The notes: generated by a model from the sequence alone, not told the origin. Shown: positions 21,124 through 36,504, counted from the first letter of the stretch. The stretch: DNA of 64,000 nucleotides from Auanema rhodensis (GCA_964057225.1 OZ059894.1:8184001-8248000); one strand, 5' to 3'. Program-made: numbers and translations.

Positions 21124-21346
21124 GAGCCCACCCGGGAGCGAAATATTTTTGGTTTCCACAGTTCCAATTAAGCGAAATTAAAATTTTAATTCATCTACTT
21201 ACGATCTCATTCATAAATTTTCTAGAAGGATTGGATAAGATAGACCAGAACATCAGAAAATATGGATCATTGACTGATCTAAAACAGAAGTAGAAACTTC
21301 ACAAGTCTAGATTGTTGAGTATATGTGCTTCCGTGGCGCAATAGGC

Positions 21347-21382
<36 letters not shown>

Positions 21383-21617
21383 GAGCCCACCCGGGAGCGA
21401 AACATTTTTGATTTCCACAGTTCAAATTAAGCTTCAAATTGAGCAAAATTAAAATTTTAATTCCTCTACTTCCGATCTCATTCATAAATTTTCTAGAAGG
21501 ATTGGATAAGATAGACCAGAACATCAGAAAATATGGATCATTGACTGATCTAAAACAGAAGTAGAAACTTCACAAGTCTAGATTGTTGAGTATATGTGCT
21601 TCCGTGGCGCAATAGGC

Positions 21618-21653
<36 letters not shown>

Positions 21654-21876
21654 GAGCCCACCCGGGAGCGAAATATTTTTGGTTTCCACAGTTCCAATAA
21701 AGCAAAATTAAAATTTTAATTCCTCTACTCACGATCTCATTCATAAATTTTCTAGAAGGATTGGATAAGATAGACCAGAACATCAGAAAATATGGATCAT
21801 TGACTGATCTAAAACAGAAGTAGAAACTTCACAAGTCTAGATTGTTGAGTATATGTGCTTCCGTGGCGCAATAGGC

Positions 21877-21912
<36 letters not shown>

Positions 21913-22147
21913 GAGCCCACCCGGGAGCGAAACATTTTTGATTTCCACAGTTCAAATTAAGCTTCAAATTGAGCAAAATTAAAATTTTAATTCCTCTACT
22001 TCCGATCTCATTCATAAATTTTCTAGAAGGATTGGATAAGATAGACCAGAACATCAGAAAATATGGATCATTGACTGATCTAAAACAGAAGTAGAAACTT
22101 CACAAGTCTAGATTGTTGAGTATATGTGCTTCCGTGGCGCAATAGGC

Positions 22148-22183
<36 letters not shown>

Positions 22184-22406
22184 GAGCCCACCCGGGAGCG
22201 AAACATTTTTGATTTCCACAGTTCAAATTAAGCAAAATTAAAATTTTAATTCATCTACTTACGATCTCATTCATAAATTTTCTAGAAGGATTGGATAAGA
22301 TAGACCAGAACATCAGAAAATATGGATCATTGACTGATGTAAAACAGAAGTAGAAACTTCACAAGTCTAGATTGTTGAGTATATGTGCTTCCGTGGCGCA
22401 ATAGGC

Positions 22407-22442
<36 letters not shown>

Positions 22443-22665
22443 GAGCCCACCCGGGAGCGAAATATTTTTGGTTTCCACAGTTCCAATTAAGCGAAATTAA
22501 AATTTTAATTCATCTACTTACGATCTCATTCATAAATTTTCTAGAAGGATTGGATAAGATAGACCAGAACATCAGAAAATATGGATCATTGACTGATCTA
22601 AAACAGAAGTAGAAACTTCACAAGTCTAGATTGTTGAGTATATGTGCTTCCGTGGCGCAATAGGC

Positions 22666-22701
<36 letters not shown>

Positions 22702-22936
22702 GAGCCCACCCGGGAGCGAAATATTTTTGATTTCCACAGTTCAAATTAAGCTTCAAATTGAGCAAAATTAAAATTTTAATTCCTCTACTTCCGATCTCAT
22801 TCATAAATTTTCTAGAAGGATTGGATAAGATAGACCAGAACATCAGAAAATATGGATCATTGACTGATCTAAAACAGAAGTAGAAACTTCACAAGTCTAG
22901 ATTGTTGAGTATATGTGCTTCCGTGGCGCAATAGGC

Positions 22937-22972
<36 letters not shown>

Positions 22973-23195
22973 GAGCCCACCCGGGAGCGAAATATTTTTG
23001 GTTTCCACAGTTCCAATTAAGCAAAATTAAAATTTTAATTCATCTACTTACGATCTCATTCATAAATTTTCTAGAAGGATTGGATAAGATAGACCAGAAC
23101 ATCAGAAAATATGGATCATTGACTGATCTAAAACAGAAGTAGAAACTTCACAAGTCTAGATTGTTGAGTATATGTGCTTCCGTGGCGCAATAGGC

Positions 23196-23231
<36 letters not shown>

Positions 23232-23454
23232 GAGCCCACCCGGGAGCGAAATATTTTTGGTGTCCACAGTTCCAATTAAGCAAAATTAAAATTTTAATTC
23301 ATCTACTTACGATCTCATTCATAAATTTTCTAGAAGGATTGGATAAGATAGACCAGAACATCAGAAAATATGGATCATTGACTGATCTAAAACAGAAGTA
23401 GAAACTTCACAAGTCTAGATTGTTGAGTATATGTGCTTCCGTGGCGCAATAGGC

Positions 23455-23490
<36 letters not shown>

Positions 23491-23726
23491 GAGCCCACCC
23501 GGGAGCGAAACATTTTTGATTTCCACAGTTCAAATTAAGCTTCAAATTGAGCAAAATTAAAATTTTAATTCCTCTACTTCCGATCTCATTCATAAATTTT
23601 CTAGAAGGATTGGATAAGATAGACCAGAACATCAGAAAATATGGATCATTGACTGATCTAAAACAGAAGTAGAAACTTCACAAGTCTAGATTGTTGAGTA
23701 TATGTGCTTCCGTGGCGCAATAGGCC

Positions 23727-23761
<35 letters not shown>

Positions 23762-23984
23762 GAGCCCACCCGGGAGCGAAATATTTTTGGTTTCCACAGT
23801 TCCAATAAAGCAAAATTAAAATTTTAATTCCTCTACTCACGATCTCATTCATAAATTTTCTAGAAGGATTGGATAAGATAGACCAGAACATCAGAAAATA
23901 TGGATCATTGACTGATCTAAAACAGAAGTAGAAACTTCACAAGTCTAGATTGTTGAGTATATGTGCTTCCGTGGCGCAATAGGC

Positions 23985-24020
<36 letters not shown>

Positions 24021-24255
24021 GAGCCCACCCGGGAGCGAAACATTTTTGATTTCCACAGTTCAAATTAAGCTTCAAATTGAGCAAAATTAAAATTTTAATT
24101 CCTCTACTTCCGATCTCATTCATAAATTTTCTAGAAGGATTGGATAAGATAGACCAGAACATCAGAAAATATGGATCATTGACTGATCTAAAACAGAAGT
24201 AGAAACTTCACAAGTCTAGATTGTTGAGTATATGTGCTTCCGTGGCGCAATAGGC

Positions 24256-24291
<36 letters not shown>

Positions 24292-24514
24292 GAGCCCACC
24301 CGGGAGCGAAATATTTTTGGTTTCCACAGTTCCAATTAAGCAAAATTAAAATTTTAATTCATCTACTTATCATCTCATTCATAAATTTTCTAGAAGGATT
24401 GGATAAGATAGACCAGAACATCAGAAAATATGGATCATTGACTGATCTAAAACAGAAGTAGAAACTTCACAAGTCTAGATTGTTGAGTATATGTGCTTCC
24501 GTGGCGCAATAGGC

Positions 24515-24550
<36 letters not shown>

Positions 24551-24773
24551 GAGCCCACCCGGGAGCGAAATATTTTTGGTTTCCACAGTTCCAATTAAGC
24601 GAAATTAAAATTTTAATTCATCTACTTACGATCTCATTCATAAATTTTCTAGAAGGATTGGATAAGATAGACCAGAACATCAGAAAATATGGATCATTGA
24701 CTGATCTAAAACAGAAGTAGAAACTTCACAAGTCTAGATTGTTGAGTATATGTGCTTCCGTGGCGCAATAGGC

Positions 24774-24809
<36 letters not shown>

Positions 24810-25044
24810 GAGCCCACCCGGGAGCGAAACATTTTTGATTTCCACAGTTCAAATTAAGCTTCAAATTGAGCAAAATTAAAATTTTAATTCCTCTACTTCC
24901 GATCTCATTCATAAATTTTCTAGAAGGATTGGATAAGATAGACCAGAACATCAGAAAATATGGATCATTGACTGATCTAAAACAGAAGTAGAAACTTCAC
25001 AAGTCTAGATTGTTGAGTATATGTGCTTCCGTGGCGCAATAGGC

Positions 25045-25080
<36 letters not shown>

Positions 25081-25303
25081 GAGCCCACCCGGGAGCGAAA
25101 TATTTTTGGTTTCCACAGTTCCAATTAAGCAAAATTAAAATTTTAATTCATCTACTTACGATCTCATTCATAAATTTTCTAGAAGGATTGGATAAGATAG
25201 ACCAGAACATCAGAAAATATGGATCATTGACTGATCTAAAACAGAAGTAGAAACTTCACAAGTCTAGATTGTTGAGTATATGTGCTTCCGTGGCGCAATA
25301 GGC

Positions 25304-25339
<36 letters not shown>

Positions 25340-25562
25340 GAGCCCACCCGGGAGCGAAATATTTTTGGTGTCCACAGTTCCAATTAAGCAAAATTAAAAT
25401 TTTAATTCATCTACTTACGATCTCATTCATAAATTTTCTAGAAGGATTGGATAAGATAGACCAGAACATCAGAAAATATGGATCATTGACTGATCTAAAA
25501 CAGAAGTAGAAACTTCACAAGTCTAGATTGTTGAGTATATGTGCTTCCGTGGCGCAATAGGC

Positions 25563-25598
<36 letters not shown>

Positions 25599-25821
25599 GA
25601 GCCCACCCGGGAGCGAATTATTTTTGGTTTCCACAGTTCCAATTAAGCGAAATTAAAATTTTAATTCATCTACTTGCGATCTCATTCATAAATTTTCTAG
25701 AAGGATTGGATAAGATAGACCAGAACATCAGAAAATATGGATCATTGACTGATCTAAAACAGAAGTAGAAACTTCACAAGTCTAGATTGTTGAGTATATG
25801 TGCTTCCGTGGCGCAATAGGC

Positions 25822-25857
<36 letters not shown>

Positions 25858-26080
25858 GAGCCCACCCGGGAGCGAAATATTTTTGGTTTCCACAGTTCCA
25901 ATTAAGCAAAATTAAAATTTTAATTCATCTACTTACGATCTCATTCATAAATTTTCTAGAAGGATTGGATAAGATAGACCAGAACATCAGAAAATATGGA
26001 TCATTGACTGATCTAAAACAGAAGTAGAAACTTCACAAGTCTAGATTGTTGAGTATATGTGCTTCCGTGGCGCAATAGGC

Positions 26081-26116
<36 letters not shown>

Positions 26117-26339
26117 GAGCCCACCCGGGAGCGAAATATTTTTGGTTTCCACAGTTCCAATTAAGCAAAATTAAAATTTTAATTCATCTACTTACGATCT
26201 CATTCATAAATTTTCTAGAAGGATTGGATAAGATAGACCAGAACATCAGAAAATATGGATCATTGACTGATCTAAAACAGAAGTAGAAACTTCACAAGTC
26301 TAGATTGTTGAGTATATGTGCTTCCGTGGCGCAATAGGC

Positions 26340-26375
<36 letters not shown>

Positions 26376-26598
26376 GAGCCCACCCGGGAGCGAAACATTT
26401 TTGGTTTCCACAGTTCCAATTAAGCAAAATTAAAATTTTAATTCATCTACTTACGATCTCCTTCATAAATTTTCTAGAAGGATTGGATAAGATAGACCAG
26501 AACATCAGAAAATATGGATCATTGACTGATCTAAAACAGAAGTAGAAACTTCACAAGTCTAGATTGTTGAGTATATGTGCTTCCGTGGCGCAATAGGC

Positions 26599-26634
<36 letters not shown>

Positions 26635-26857
26635 GAGCCCACCCGGGAGCGAAACATTTTTGGTTTCCACAGTTCCAATTAAGCAAAATTAAAATTTTAA
26701 TTCATCTACTTACGATCTCCTTCATAAATTTTCTAGAAGGATTGGATAAGATAGACCAGAACATCAGAAAATATGGATCATTGACTGATCTAAAACAGAA
26801 GTAGAAACTTCACAAGTCTAGATTGTTGAGTATATGTGCTTCCGTGGCGCAATAGGC

Positions 26858-26893
<36 letters not shown>

Positions 26894-27116
26894 GAGCCCA
26901 CCCGGGAGCGAAATATTTTTGGTTTCCACAGTTCCAATAAAGCAAAATTAAAATTTTAATTCCTCTACTCACGATCTCATTCATAAATTTTCTAGAAGGA
27001 TTGGATAAGATAGACCAGAACATCAGAAAATATGGATCATTGACTGATCTAAAACAGAAGTAGAAACTTCACAAGTCTAGATTGTTGAGTATATGTGCTT
27101 CCGTGGCGCAATAGGC

Positions 27117-27152
<36 letters not shown>

Positions 27153-27387
27153 GAGCCCACCCGGGAGCGAAACATTTTTGATTTCCACAGTTCAAATTAA
27201 GCTTCAAATTGAGCAAAATTAAAATTTTAATTCCTCTACTTCCGATCTCATTCATAAATTTTCTAGAAGGATTGGATAAGATAGACCAGAACATCAGAAA
27301 ATATGGATCATTGACTGATCTAAAACAGAAGTAGAAACTTCACAAGTCTAGATTGTTGAGTATATGTGCTTCCGTGGCGCAATAGGC

Positions 27388-27423
<36 letters not shown>

Positions 27424-27646
27424 GAGCCCACCCGGGAGCGAAACATTTTTGGTTTCCACAGTTCCAATTAAGCAAAATTAAAATTTTAATTCATCTACTT
27501 ACGATCTCCTTCATAAATTTTCTAGAAGGATTGGATAAGATAGACCAGAACATCAGAAAATATGGATCATTGACTGATCTAAAACAGAAGTAGAAACTTC
27601 ACAAGTCTAGATTGTTGAGTATATGTGCTTCCGTGGCGCAATAGGC

Positions 27647-27682
<36 letters not shown>

Positions 27683-27905
27683 GAGCCCACCCGGGAGCGA
27701 AACATTTTTGGTTTCCACAGTTCCAATTAAGCAAAATTAAAATTTTAATTCATCTACTTACGATCTCCTTCATAAATTTTCTAGAAGGATTGGATAAGAT
27801 AGACCAGAACATCAGAAAATATGGATCATTGACTGATCTAAAACAGAAGTAGAAACTTCACAAGTCTAGATTGTTGAGTATATGTGCTTCCGTGGCGCAA
27901 TAGGC

Positions 27906-27941
<36 letters not shown>

Positions 27942-28164
27942 GAGCCCACCCGGGAGCGAAATATTTTTGGTTTCCACAGTTCCAATAAAGCAAAATTAAA
28001 ATTTTAATTCCTCTACTCACGATCTCATTCATAAATTTTCTAGAAGGATTGGATAAGATAGACCAGAACATCAGAAAATATGGATCATTGACTGATCTAA
28101 AACAGAAGTAGAAACTTCACAAGTCTAGATTGTTGAGTATATGTGCTTCCGTGGCGCAATAGGC

Positions 28165-28200
<36 letters not shown>

Positions 28201-28435
28201 GAGCCCACCCGGGAGCGAAACATTTTTGATTTCCACAGTTCAAATTAAGCTTCAAATTGAGCAAAATTAAAATTTTAATTCCTCTACTTCCGATCTCATT
28301 CATAAATTTTCTAGAAGGATTGGATAAGATAGACCAGAACGTCAGAAAATATGGATCATTGACTGATCTAAAACAGAAGTAGAAACTTCACAAGTCTAGA
28401 TTGTTGAGTATATGTGCTTCCGTGGCGCAATAGGC

Positions 28436-28471
<36 letters not shown>

Positions 28472-28699
28472 GAGCCCACCCGGGAGCGAAATATTTTTGG
28501 TTTCCACAGTTCCAATAAAGCAAAATTAAAATTTTAATTCCTCTACTCACGATCTCATTCATAAATTTTCTAGAAGGATTGGATAAGATAGACCAGAACA
28601 TCAGAAAATATGGATCATTGACTGATCTAAAACAGAAGTAGAAACTTCACAAGTCTAGATTGTTGAGTATATGTGCTTCCGTGGCGCAATAGGCAGCGT

Positions 28700-28730
<31 letters not shown>

Positions 28731-28965
28731 GAGCCCACCCGGGAGCGAAACATTTTTGATTTCCACAGTTCAAATTAAGCTTCAAATTGAGCAAAATTAA
28801 AATTTTAATTCCTCTACTTCCGATCTCCTTCATAAATTTTCTAGAAGGATTGGATAAGATAGACCAGAACATCAGAAAATATGGATCATTGACTGATCTA
28901 AAACAGAAGTAGAAACTTCACAAGTCTAGATTGTTGAGTATATGTGCTTCCGTGGCGCAATAGGC

Positions 28966-29001
<36 letters not shown>

Positions 29002-29078
29002 GAGCCCACCCGGGAGCGAAATATTTTTGGTTTCCACAGTTCCAATAAAGCAAAATTAAAATTTTAATTCCTCTACTC
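19533..29078 (+). repeat. tRNA-Asn(GTT) tandem array, block 2 (36 complete genes)
   Basis: Mixed 259- and 271-bp units; the 271 unit has a 12-bp spacer duplication ttcaaattaagc/ttcaaattgagc. Confidence 0.97.
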
Positions 29079-32000
29079 CGTTCCGTTATGCTCCTGCGTC
29101 GATAATATAAACCATTGTAGTTTATACTATGACGCGAATAGTATTCCTTGGTGTAGCGGTAGGAATACAGAGCATAAGGTCAATCATAAGATAAAAGAGA
29201 GAAAGATTTATTGGCATGAAACTACAACAATAATATACAAAGATAAAGATACAATACAATAAGATAAATATAAGTATAAAGACTAAACTACAAGCCGTCC
29301 ATGAGCTTGCTAAAAGGCGAACTCCCGACCAAGGGAACGAGGGAAGGCGGAGCCATTCCTCTGGTCGTCTGGCTCTAACCCTTCAGCTACATATATGGGG
29401 AGTCCGAATGGAACGTGCCCTTTTTCAAAGATTTTTCGCGTCCGCGCGATATAAAGAGTTTTTAGTGTATATGTAGCTGAGTTTCAGAGTCTAGGAGTTT
29501 ACAATTAAAATTAAAAGTTTTAAAATCTACATGTAGAAAAATATTTAAATGGTATTAATAGGTTTCTTTATGGTATTAAGATAGAATTTGAATACAATAA
29601 TGGGTTTTATGTTATTTTGTAACGGAGGATTAGAAAAATAAATTTAGTCATTGTAGTACTGTAATAAAAAAAATTGTTCCATGAATTTGAGATTTATGTG
29701 AGATAATAAGGAATTATTCAACTTTTTGCGTGCATGGTTACTCGTATCCTAATGATGATGGGGATAAAGATTTTTAGTTATTAATTGTTTTCGTCTTCAT
29801 GTGTCTCTCTGAATGAATCCTTGAGTACTAATGGAGGCTACCACTCAGATGGGGTGTGGCTTAGGCGCCTGCCAATTTTCGTCTCTTCTTGGAGATACAT
29901 ATGGAGCTCAATTTAGTGCGATAGACTATCTCTATCGTCGTAAAGGAGTACGGTAGCCTATTATTTATATTATATTTTCACTTATTCCTTATTTTTGGTT
30001 GTTTATTCTCTTAATCTCTCATCAAAATTTTTCTAATTCACCGTTACTTTCATTTTACAATCTACAGAAAAGAAAAGAATGTATATAAAAATTTTTTCTG
30101 TCGTCGGCTATGATGAAGTCCGGTTCTTCGTAGGTGTCGTCAGAAGGTGAATATGTTCCTTCTCGGGGAGTATAAAACTGGTCGACTTGCGGCTTCGGCT
30201 TCTCGGCTGGTTGGTGCGGTTTTTCTATTTGAACACTAAGAAGTCGGGTACGGCTTCTGCGACGACTTGCGACAGTAGCGTCACTGTTGGTATCGGACGG
30301 GTAAAGGGCTCAGAAAGCCGATGAGAATCTTTTGGCCACCTTTATAGGACTCTTGGTTTGGAAAAACCGAGAATGGTGAGCTACGTGTGGGATGTTGACG
30401 TAAGGTGCGTAAGATTCTTTTAGATGTGTGTTGGGAGAGAGAAAGATTCGGGAGCAATAGGATAGTCATGCTTTGCTGGGCGATGCGGAGGGTAAATGAG
30501 AGGGAGTTTTCCAAATCTTGGCCAAAAATCTGACTCCGCCTATCTACCGTAAGCTTATTATAGTTAATGGTGTTTATCTCTTCTCAAAAACTTTTTTTTA
30601 TCCGCTCTTGCACTTTCCGCTTGTACTTCCTTTAATTTCTCTCTTCACTAGTAGCTTTCAATCATGTTTTTGTCCCCCTTTTTTCTCTTGTTTACCAAGC
30701 TAGATTTTATTATTTTTGAGAGCTAAGAATTCTTAAAAATGAGCGTCTAGCCTACTGGAATGACCTTTGTCATGCAAAAGCTGTATGACGTTATTGTCTT
30801 TTATGATGCTGAAGAGAGATTGGCTTATAGGCCCCATCCTGATATAATATTAATGGTTGGTGCATTAGTCAATTTCAATTTTCAGTATTTTCTTTTTTCT
30901 ATTTTAGTTTATTGAGGATCTGCAAATGTTCTATTTGGGCAGGGGCCTCGTTAATTTTTCCGCTATGGCGGAAATTGCGCCCGAGATTGAGCTCGTAGGG
31001 CGTCTCTGTCTCCGTGACCTGTGCGCGCATTTTTATGCCGCTCTCCCGTGTGGACTTGTAGGAAGTCCCTGGAGATGGTATACCGAGAGGCAGCCTTTAT
31101 TCTATGAATTATTATGTAAAATTTTGTTTAAAATTTATGTATGTTATGATAGCTCTTCGCTTGGATTGCAGCTGAGGACCTCACTGGGGAGAGAGTATCC
31201 CGAATACCTATCCCCCAGTTACGAGCCTATCTCTCTTGCTGCAGAGTTTGAAAGACAGCTAGCTTTCAAGTGGGGTTTTTGACTGAATAAAGCTTGTACT
31301 CTGTTTTTTTTTATTTTTTTTTTTTTTTTATTTTTTTTTTTATGCGCTTTGCTCTGTTTTCGTCAAGAAAATGGACTTATGTTTTCAATCTTTTCCTCAT
31401 TCCTTTTTCCTTAAATAGCATGTTTTGCTCAAAATGTTTTCGACATTGTGCATGCTAATGAGGTTTGAGGAGAGTTATTGAAAAGGCTGTCCTTTTTCTT
31501 GATCAAAATAAGCAAAAGTGCGTTTTCCTAAGCGAATTTCTTTTTAAAACTGAGAAAAATACGTCTATTTTTAAACATTTCCCATTTACTTAGGATTACT
31601 GTAGGATATAAGGGGTATCTTATGAGTTGAAACAACGAAATGATTTGAGGAAGGTGACATAATCTACGGGGATAAAATCCGTAGCAGTTATGCTTCCGCC
31701 AACTTGACCTGACTGTCAAATAAGAGCTGAGAAGTCTTATTGCAGATTTACCAGGCTTTTTCGGACTAGTGTGGTCCCTTTTTATATTCAATTTATGTAA
31801 CCGTTTTTGGTTTCCCGCAAAATAATATGTAAAATGATCTTTTACGTCTGAATATAATAATTTCAAAATTCTAGTCCTGACCACAAAATATACAAACTAT
31901 AATCAATTGCGCGCGTCTTATAAATTTTTGTTCCAATAATCAAACTTCTCTATGCCCCCCAAAAAAATGTGAACAACTATATTTTCTCGTTTGGCGGAAT

Positions 32001-32633
32001 TGTCCTCTATTTCAATCCAAACGTCCTCAAAATGGCATGAGAAGCGGTACAAGATACGATATAGAAAAGGGTGGACATTCAGACGGTTTTAATTGAGGAC
32101 AGCGGGCAAAATTTTTATTGGTCCTATCTCGCATTTAAGCGAGATCCCTTGTATTTGTACCTTAAAACAAATTGGCGCCTTCATTTTGTTGTTTCAAGTG
32201 GAGGAATTTATAATTTAGAATGCAAAAATGGACTTTTACAATAAAAACAAATTTTTGTTCAAAAGATGAGTTCGAGGTGGAACCTCCACGTTCCGTTATG
32301 CTCCTGCGTCGATAATATAAACCATTGTAGTTTATACTATGACGCGCATAGTATTCCTTGGTGTAGCGGTAAGGAATAAAGAGCATAAGGTCAATCATAA
32401 GATAAAAGAGAGAAAGATTTATTAGCATGAAACTACAACAATAATATACAAAGATAAAGATACAATACAATAAGATAAATATAAGTATAAAGACTAAACT
32501 ACAAGCCGTCCATGAGCTTGCTAAAAGGCGAACTCCCGACCAAGGGAACGAGGGAAGGCGGAGCCATTCCTCGGTCCTCTGGTCGTCTGGCTCTAACCCT
32601 TCAGCTACATATATGGGGAGTCCGAATGGAACG
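29079..32633 (-). mobile_element. Family A non-autonomous copy A2 (3555 bp; most of gag and all of env-pol deleted)
   Basis: LTRs 29079-29415 and 32289-32633; TSD ACTC at 29075-29078 and 32634-32637; PBS retained. Confidence 0.95.
30760..31282 (+). CDS. Diverged version of the antisense accessory gene (exons 30760-30855 and 30908-31282)
   Basis: 52-nt GT...TTTTAG intron at the same codon; 60/118 identities to the A1 protein over the exon-2 ORF with no gaps; an upstream ATG (30739) hits TAG at codon 4, so this copy may be disabled. Confidence 0.75.
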
Positions 32634-32783
32634 ACTCACGATCTCATTCATAAATTTTCTAGAAGGATTGGATAAGATAGACCAGAACATCAGAAAATAT
32701 GGATCATTGACTAATCTAAAACAGAAGTAGAAACTTCACAAGTCTAGATTGTTGAGTATATGTGCTTCCGTGGCGCAATAGGC

Positions 32784-32819
<36 letters not shown>

Positions 32820-33054
32820 GAGCCCACCCGGGAGCGAAACATTTTTGATTTCCACAGTTCAAATTAAGCTTCAAATTGAGCAAAATTAAAATTTTAATTC
32901 CTCTACTTCCGATCTCATTCATAAATTTTCTAGAAGGATTGGATAAGATAGACCAGAACATCAGAAAATATGGATCATTGACTGATCTAAAACAGAAGTA
33001 GAAACTTCACAAGTCTAGATTGTTGAGTATATGTGCTTCCGTGGCGCAATAGGC

Positions 33055-33090
<36 letters not shown>

Positions 33091-33325
33091 GAGCCCACCC
33101 GGGAGCGAAACATTTTTGATTTCCACAGTTCAAATTAAGCTTCAAATTGAGCAAAATTAAAATTTTAATTCCTCTACTTCCGATCTCATTCATAAATTTT
33201 CTAGAAGGATTGGATAAGATAGACCAGAACATCAGAAAATATGGATCATTGACTGATCTAAAACAGAAGTAGAAACTTCACAAGTCTAGATTGTTGAGTA
33301 TATGTGCTTACGTGGCGCAATAGGC

Positions 33326-33361
<36 letters not shown>

Positions 33362-33843
33362 GAGCCCACCCGGGAGCGAAATATTTTTGGTTTCCACAGT
33401 TCCAATTAAGCAAAATTAAAATTTTAATTCATCTACTTACGATCTCATTCATAAATTTTCTAGAAGGATTGGATAAGATAGACCAGAACATCAGAAAATA
33501 TGGATCATTGACTGATCTAAAACAGAAGTAGAAACTTCACAAGTCTAGATTGTTGAGTATATGTGCTTCCGTGGCGCAATAGGCAGCGCGTTCGGCTGTT
33601 AACCGAAAGGTTTGTGGTTCGAGCCCACCCGGGAGCGAATTATTTTTGGTTTCCACAGTTCCAATTAAGCGAAATTAAAATTTTAATTCATCTACTTGCG
33701 ATCTCATTCATAAATTTTCTAGAAGGATTGGATAAGATAGACCAGAACATCAGAAAATATGGATCATTGACTGATCTAAAACAGAAGTAGAAACTTCACA
33801 AGTCTAGATTGTTGAGTATATGTGCTTCCGTGGCGCAATAGGC

Positions 33844-33879
<36 letters not shown>

Positions 33880-34102
33880 GAGCCCACCCGGGAGCGAAAT
33901 ATTTTTGGTTTCCACAGTTCCAATTAAGCAAAATTAAAATTTTAATTCATCTACTTACGATCTCATTCATAAATTTTCTAAAAGGATTGGATAAGATAGA
34001 CCAGAACATCAGAAAATATGGATCATTGACTGATCTAAAACAGAAGTAGAAACTTCACAAGTCTAGATTGTTGAGTATATGTGCTTCCGTGGCGCAATAG
34101 GC

Positions 34103-34138
<36 letters not shown>

Positions 34139-34361
34139 GAGCCCACCCGGGAGCGAAATATTTTTGGTTTCCACAGTTCCAATAAAGCAAAATTAAAATT
34201 TTAATTCCTCTACTCACGATCTCATTCATAAATTTTCTAGAAGGATTGGATAAGATAGACCAGAACATCAGAAAATATGGATCATTGACTGATCTAAAAC
34301 AGAAGTAGAAACTTCACAAGTCTAGATTGTTGAGTATATGTGCTTCCGTGGCGCAATAGGC

Positions 34362-34397
<36 letters not shown>

Positions 34398-34632
34398 GAG
34401 CCCACCCGGGAGCGAAACATTTTTGATTTCCACAGTTCAAATTAAGCTTCAAATTGAGCAAAATTAAAATTTTAATTCCTCTACTTCCGATCTCATTCAT
34501 AAATTTTCTAGAAGGATTGGATAAGATAGACCAGAACATCAGAAAATATGGATCATTGACTGATCTAAAACAGAAGTAGAAACTTCACAAGTCTAGATTG
34601 TTGAGTATATGTGCTTCCGTGGCGCAATAGGC

Positions 34633-34668
<36 letters not shown>

Positions 34669-34891
34669 GAGCCCACCCGGGAGCGAAATATTTTTGGTTT
34701 CCACAGTTCCAATTAAGCAAAATTAAAATTTTAATTCATCTACTTACGATCTCATTCATAAATTTTCTAAAAGGATTGGATAAGATAGACCAGAACATCA
34801 GAAAATATGGATCATTGACTGATCTAAAACAGAAGTAGAAACTTCACAAGTCTAGATTGTTGAGTATATGTGCTTCCGTGGCGCAATAGGC

Positions 34892-34927
<36 letters not shown>

Positions 34928-35162
34928 GAGCCCACCCGGGAGCGAAACATTTTTGATTTCCACAGTTCAAATTAAGCTTCAAATTGAGCAAAATTAAAAT
35001 TTTAATTCCTCTACTTCCGATCTCATTCATAAATTTTCTAGAAGGATTGGATAAGATAGACCAGAACATCAGAAAATATGGATCATTGACTGATCTAAAA
35101 CAGAAGTAGAAACTTCACAAGTCTAGATTGTTGAGTATATGTGCTTCCGTGGCGCAATAGGC

Positions 35163-35198
<36 letters not shown>

Positions 35199-35421
35199 GA
35201 GCCCACCCGGGAGCGAAATATTTTTGGTTTCCACAGTTCCAATTAAGCAAAATTAAAATTTTAATTCATCTACTTACGATCTCATTCATAAATTTTCTAG
35301 AAGGATTGGATAAGATAGACCAGAACATCAGAAAATATGGATCATTGACTGATCTAAAACAGAAGTAGAAACTTCACAAGTCTAGATTGTTGAGTATATG
35401 TGCTTCCGTGGCGCAATAGGC

Positions 35422-35457
<36 letters not shown>

Positions 35458-35938
35458 GAGCCCACCCGGGGCGAAATATTTTTGGTTTCCACAGTTCCAA
35501 TTAAGCAAAATTAAAATTTTAATTCATCTACTTACGATCTCATTCATAAATTTTCTAGAAGGATTGGATAAGATAGACCAGAACATCAGAAAATATGGAT
35601 CATTGACTGATCTAAAACAGAAGTAGAAACTTCACAAGTCTAGATTGTTGAGTATATGTGCTTCCGTGGCGCAATAGGCAGCGCGTTCGGCTGTTAACCG
35701 AAAGGTTTGTGGTTCGAGCCCACCCGGGAGCGAATTATTTTTGGTTTCCACAGTTCCAATTAAGCGAAATTAAAATTTTAATTCATCTACTTGCGATCTC
35801 ATTCATAAATTTTCTAGAAGGATTGGATAAGATAGACCAGAACATCAGAAAATATGGATCATTGACTGATCTAAAACAGAAGTAGAAACTTCACAAGTCT
35901 AGATTGTTGAGTATATGTGCTTCCGTGGCGCAATAGGC

Positions 35939-35974
<36 letters not shown>

Positions 35975-36197
35975 GAGCCCACCCGGGAGCGAAATATTTT
36001 TGGTTTCCACAGTTCCAATTAAGCGAAATTAAAATTTTAATTCATCTACTTGCGATCTCATTCATAAATTTTCTAGAAGGATTGGATAAGATAGACCAGA
36101 ACATCAGAAAATATGGATCATTGACTGATCTAAAACAGAAGTAGAAACTTCACAAGTCTAGATTGTTGAGTATATGTGCTTCCGTGGCGCAATAGGC

Positions 36198-36233
<36 letters not shown>

Positions 36234-36468
36234 GAGCCCACCCGGGAGCGAAACATTTTTGATTTCCACAGTTCAAATTAAGCTTCAAATTGAGCAAAAT
36301 TAAAATTTTAATTCCTCTACTTACGATCTCATTCATAAATTTTCTAGAAGGATTGGATAAGATAGACCAGAACATCAGAAAATATGGATCATTGACTGAT
36401 CTAAAACAGAAGTAGAAACTTCACAAGTCTAGATTGTTGAGTATATGTGCTTCCGTGGCGCAATAGGC

Positions 36469-36504
<36 letters not shown>

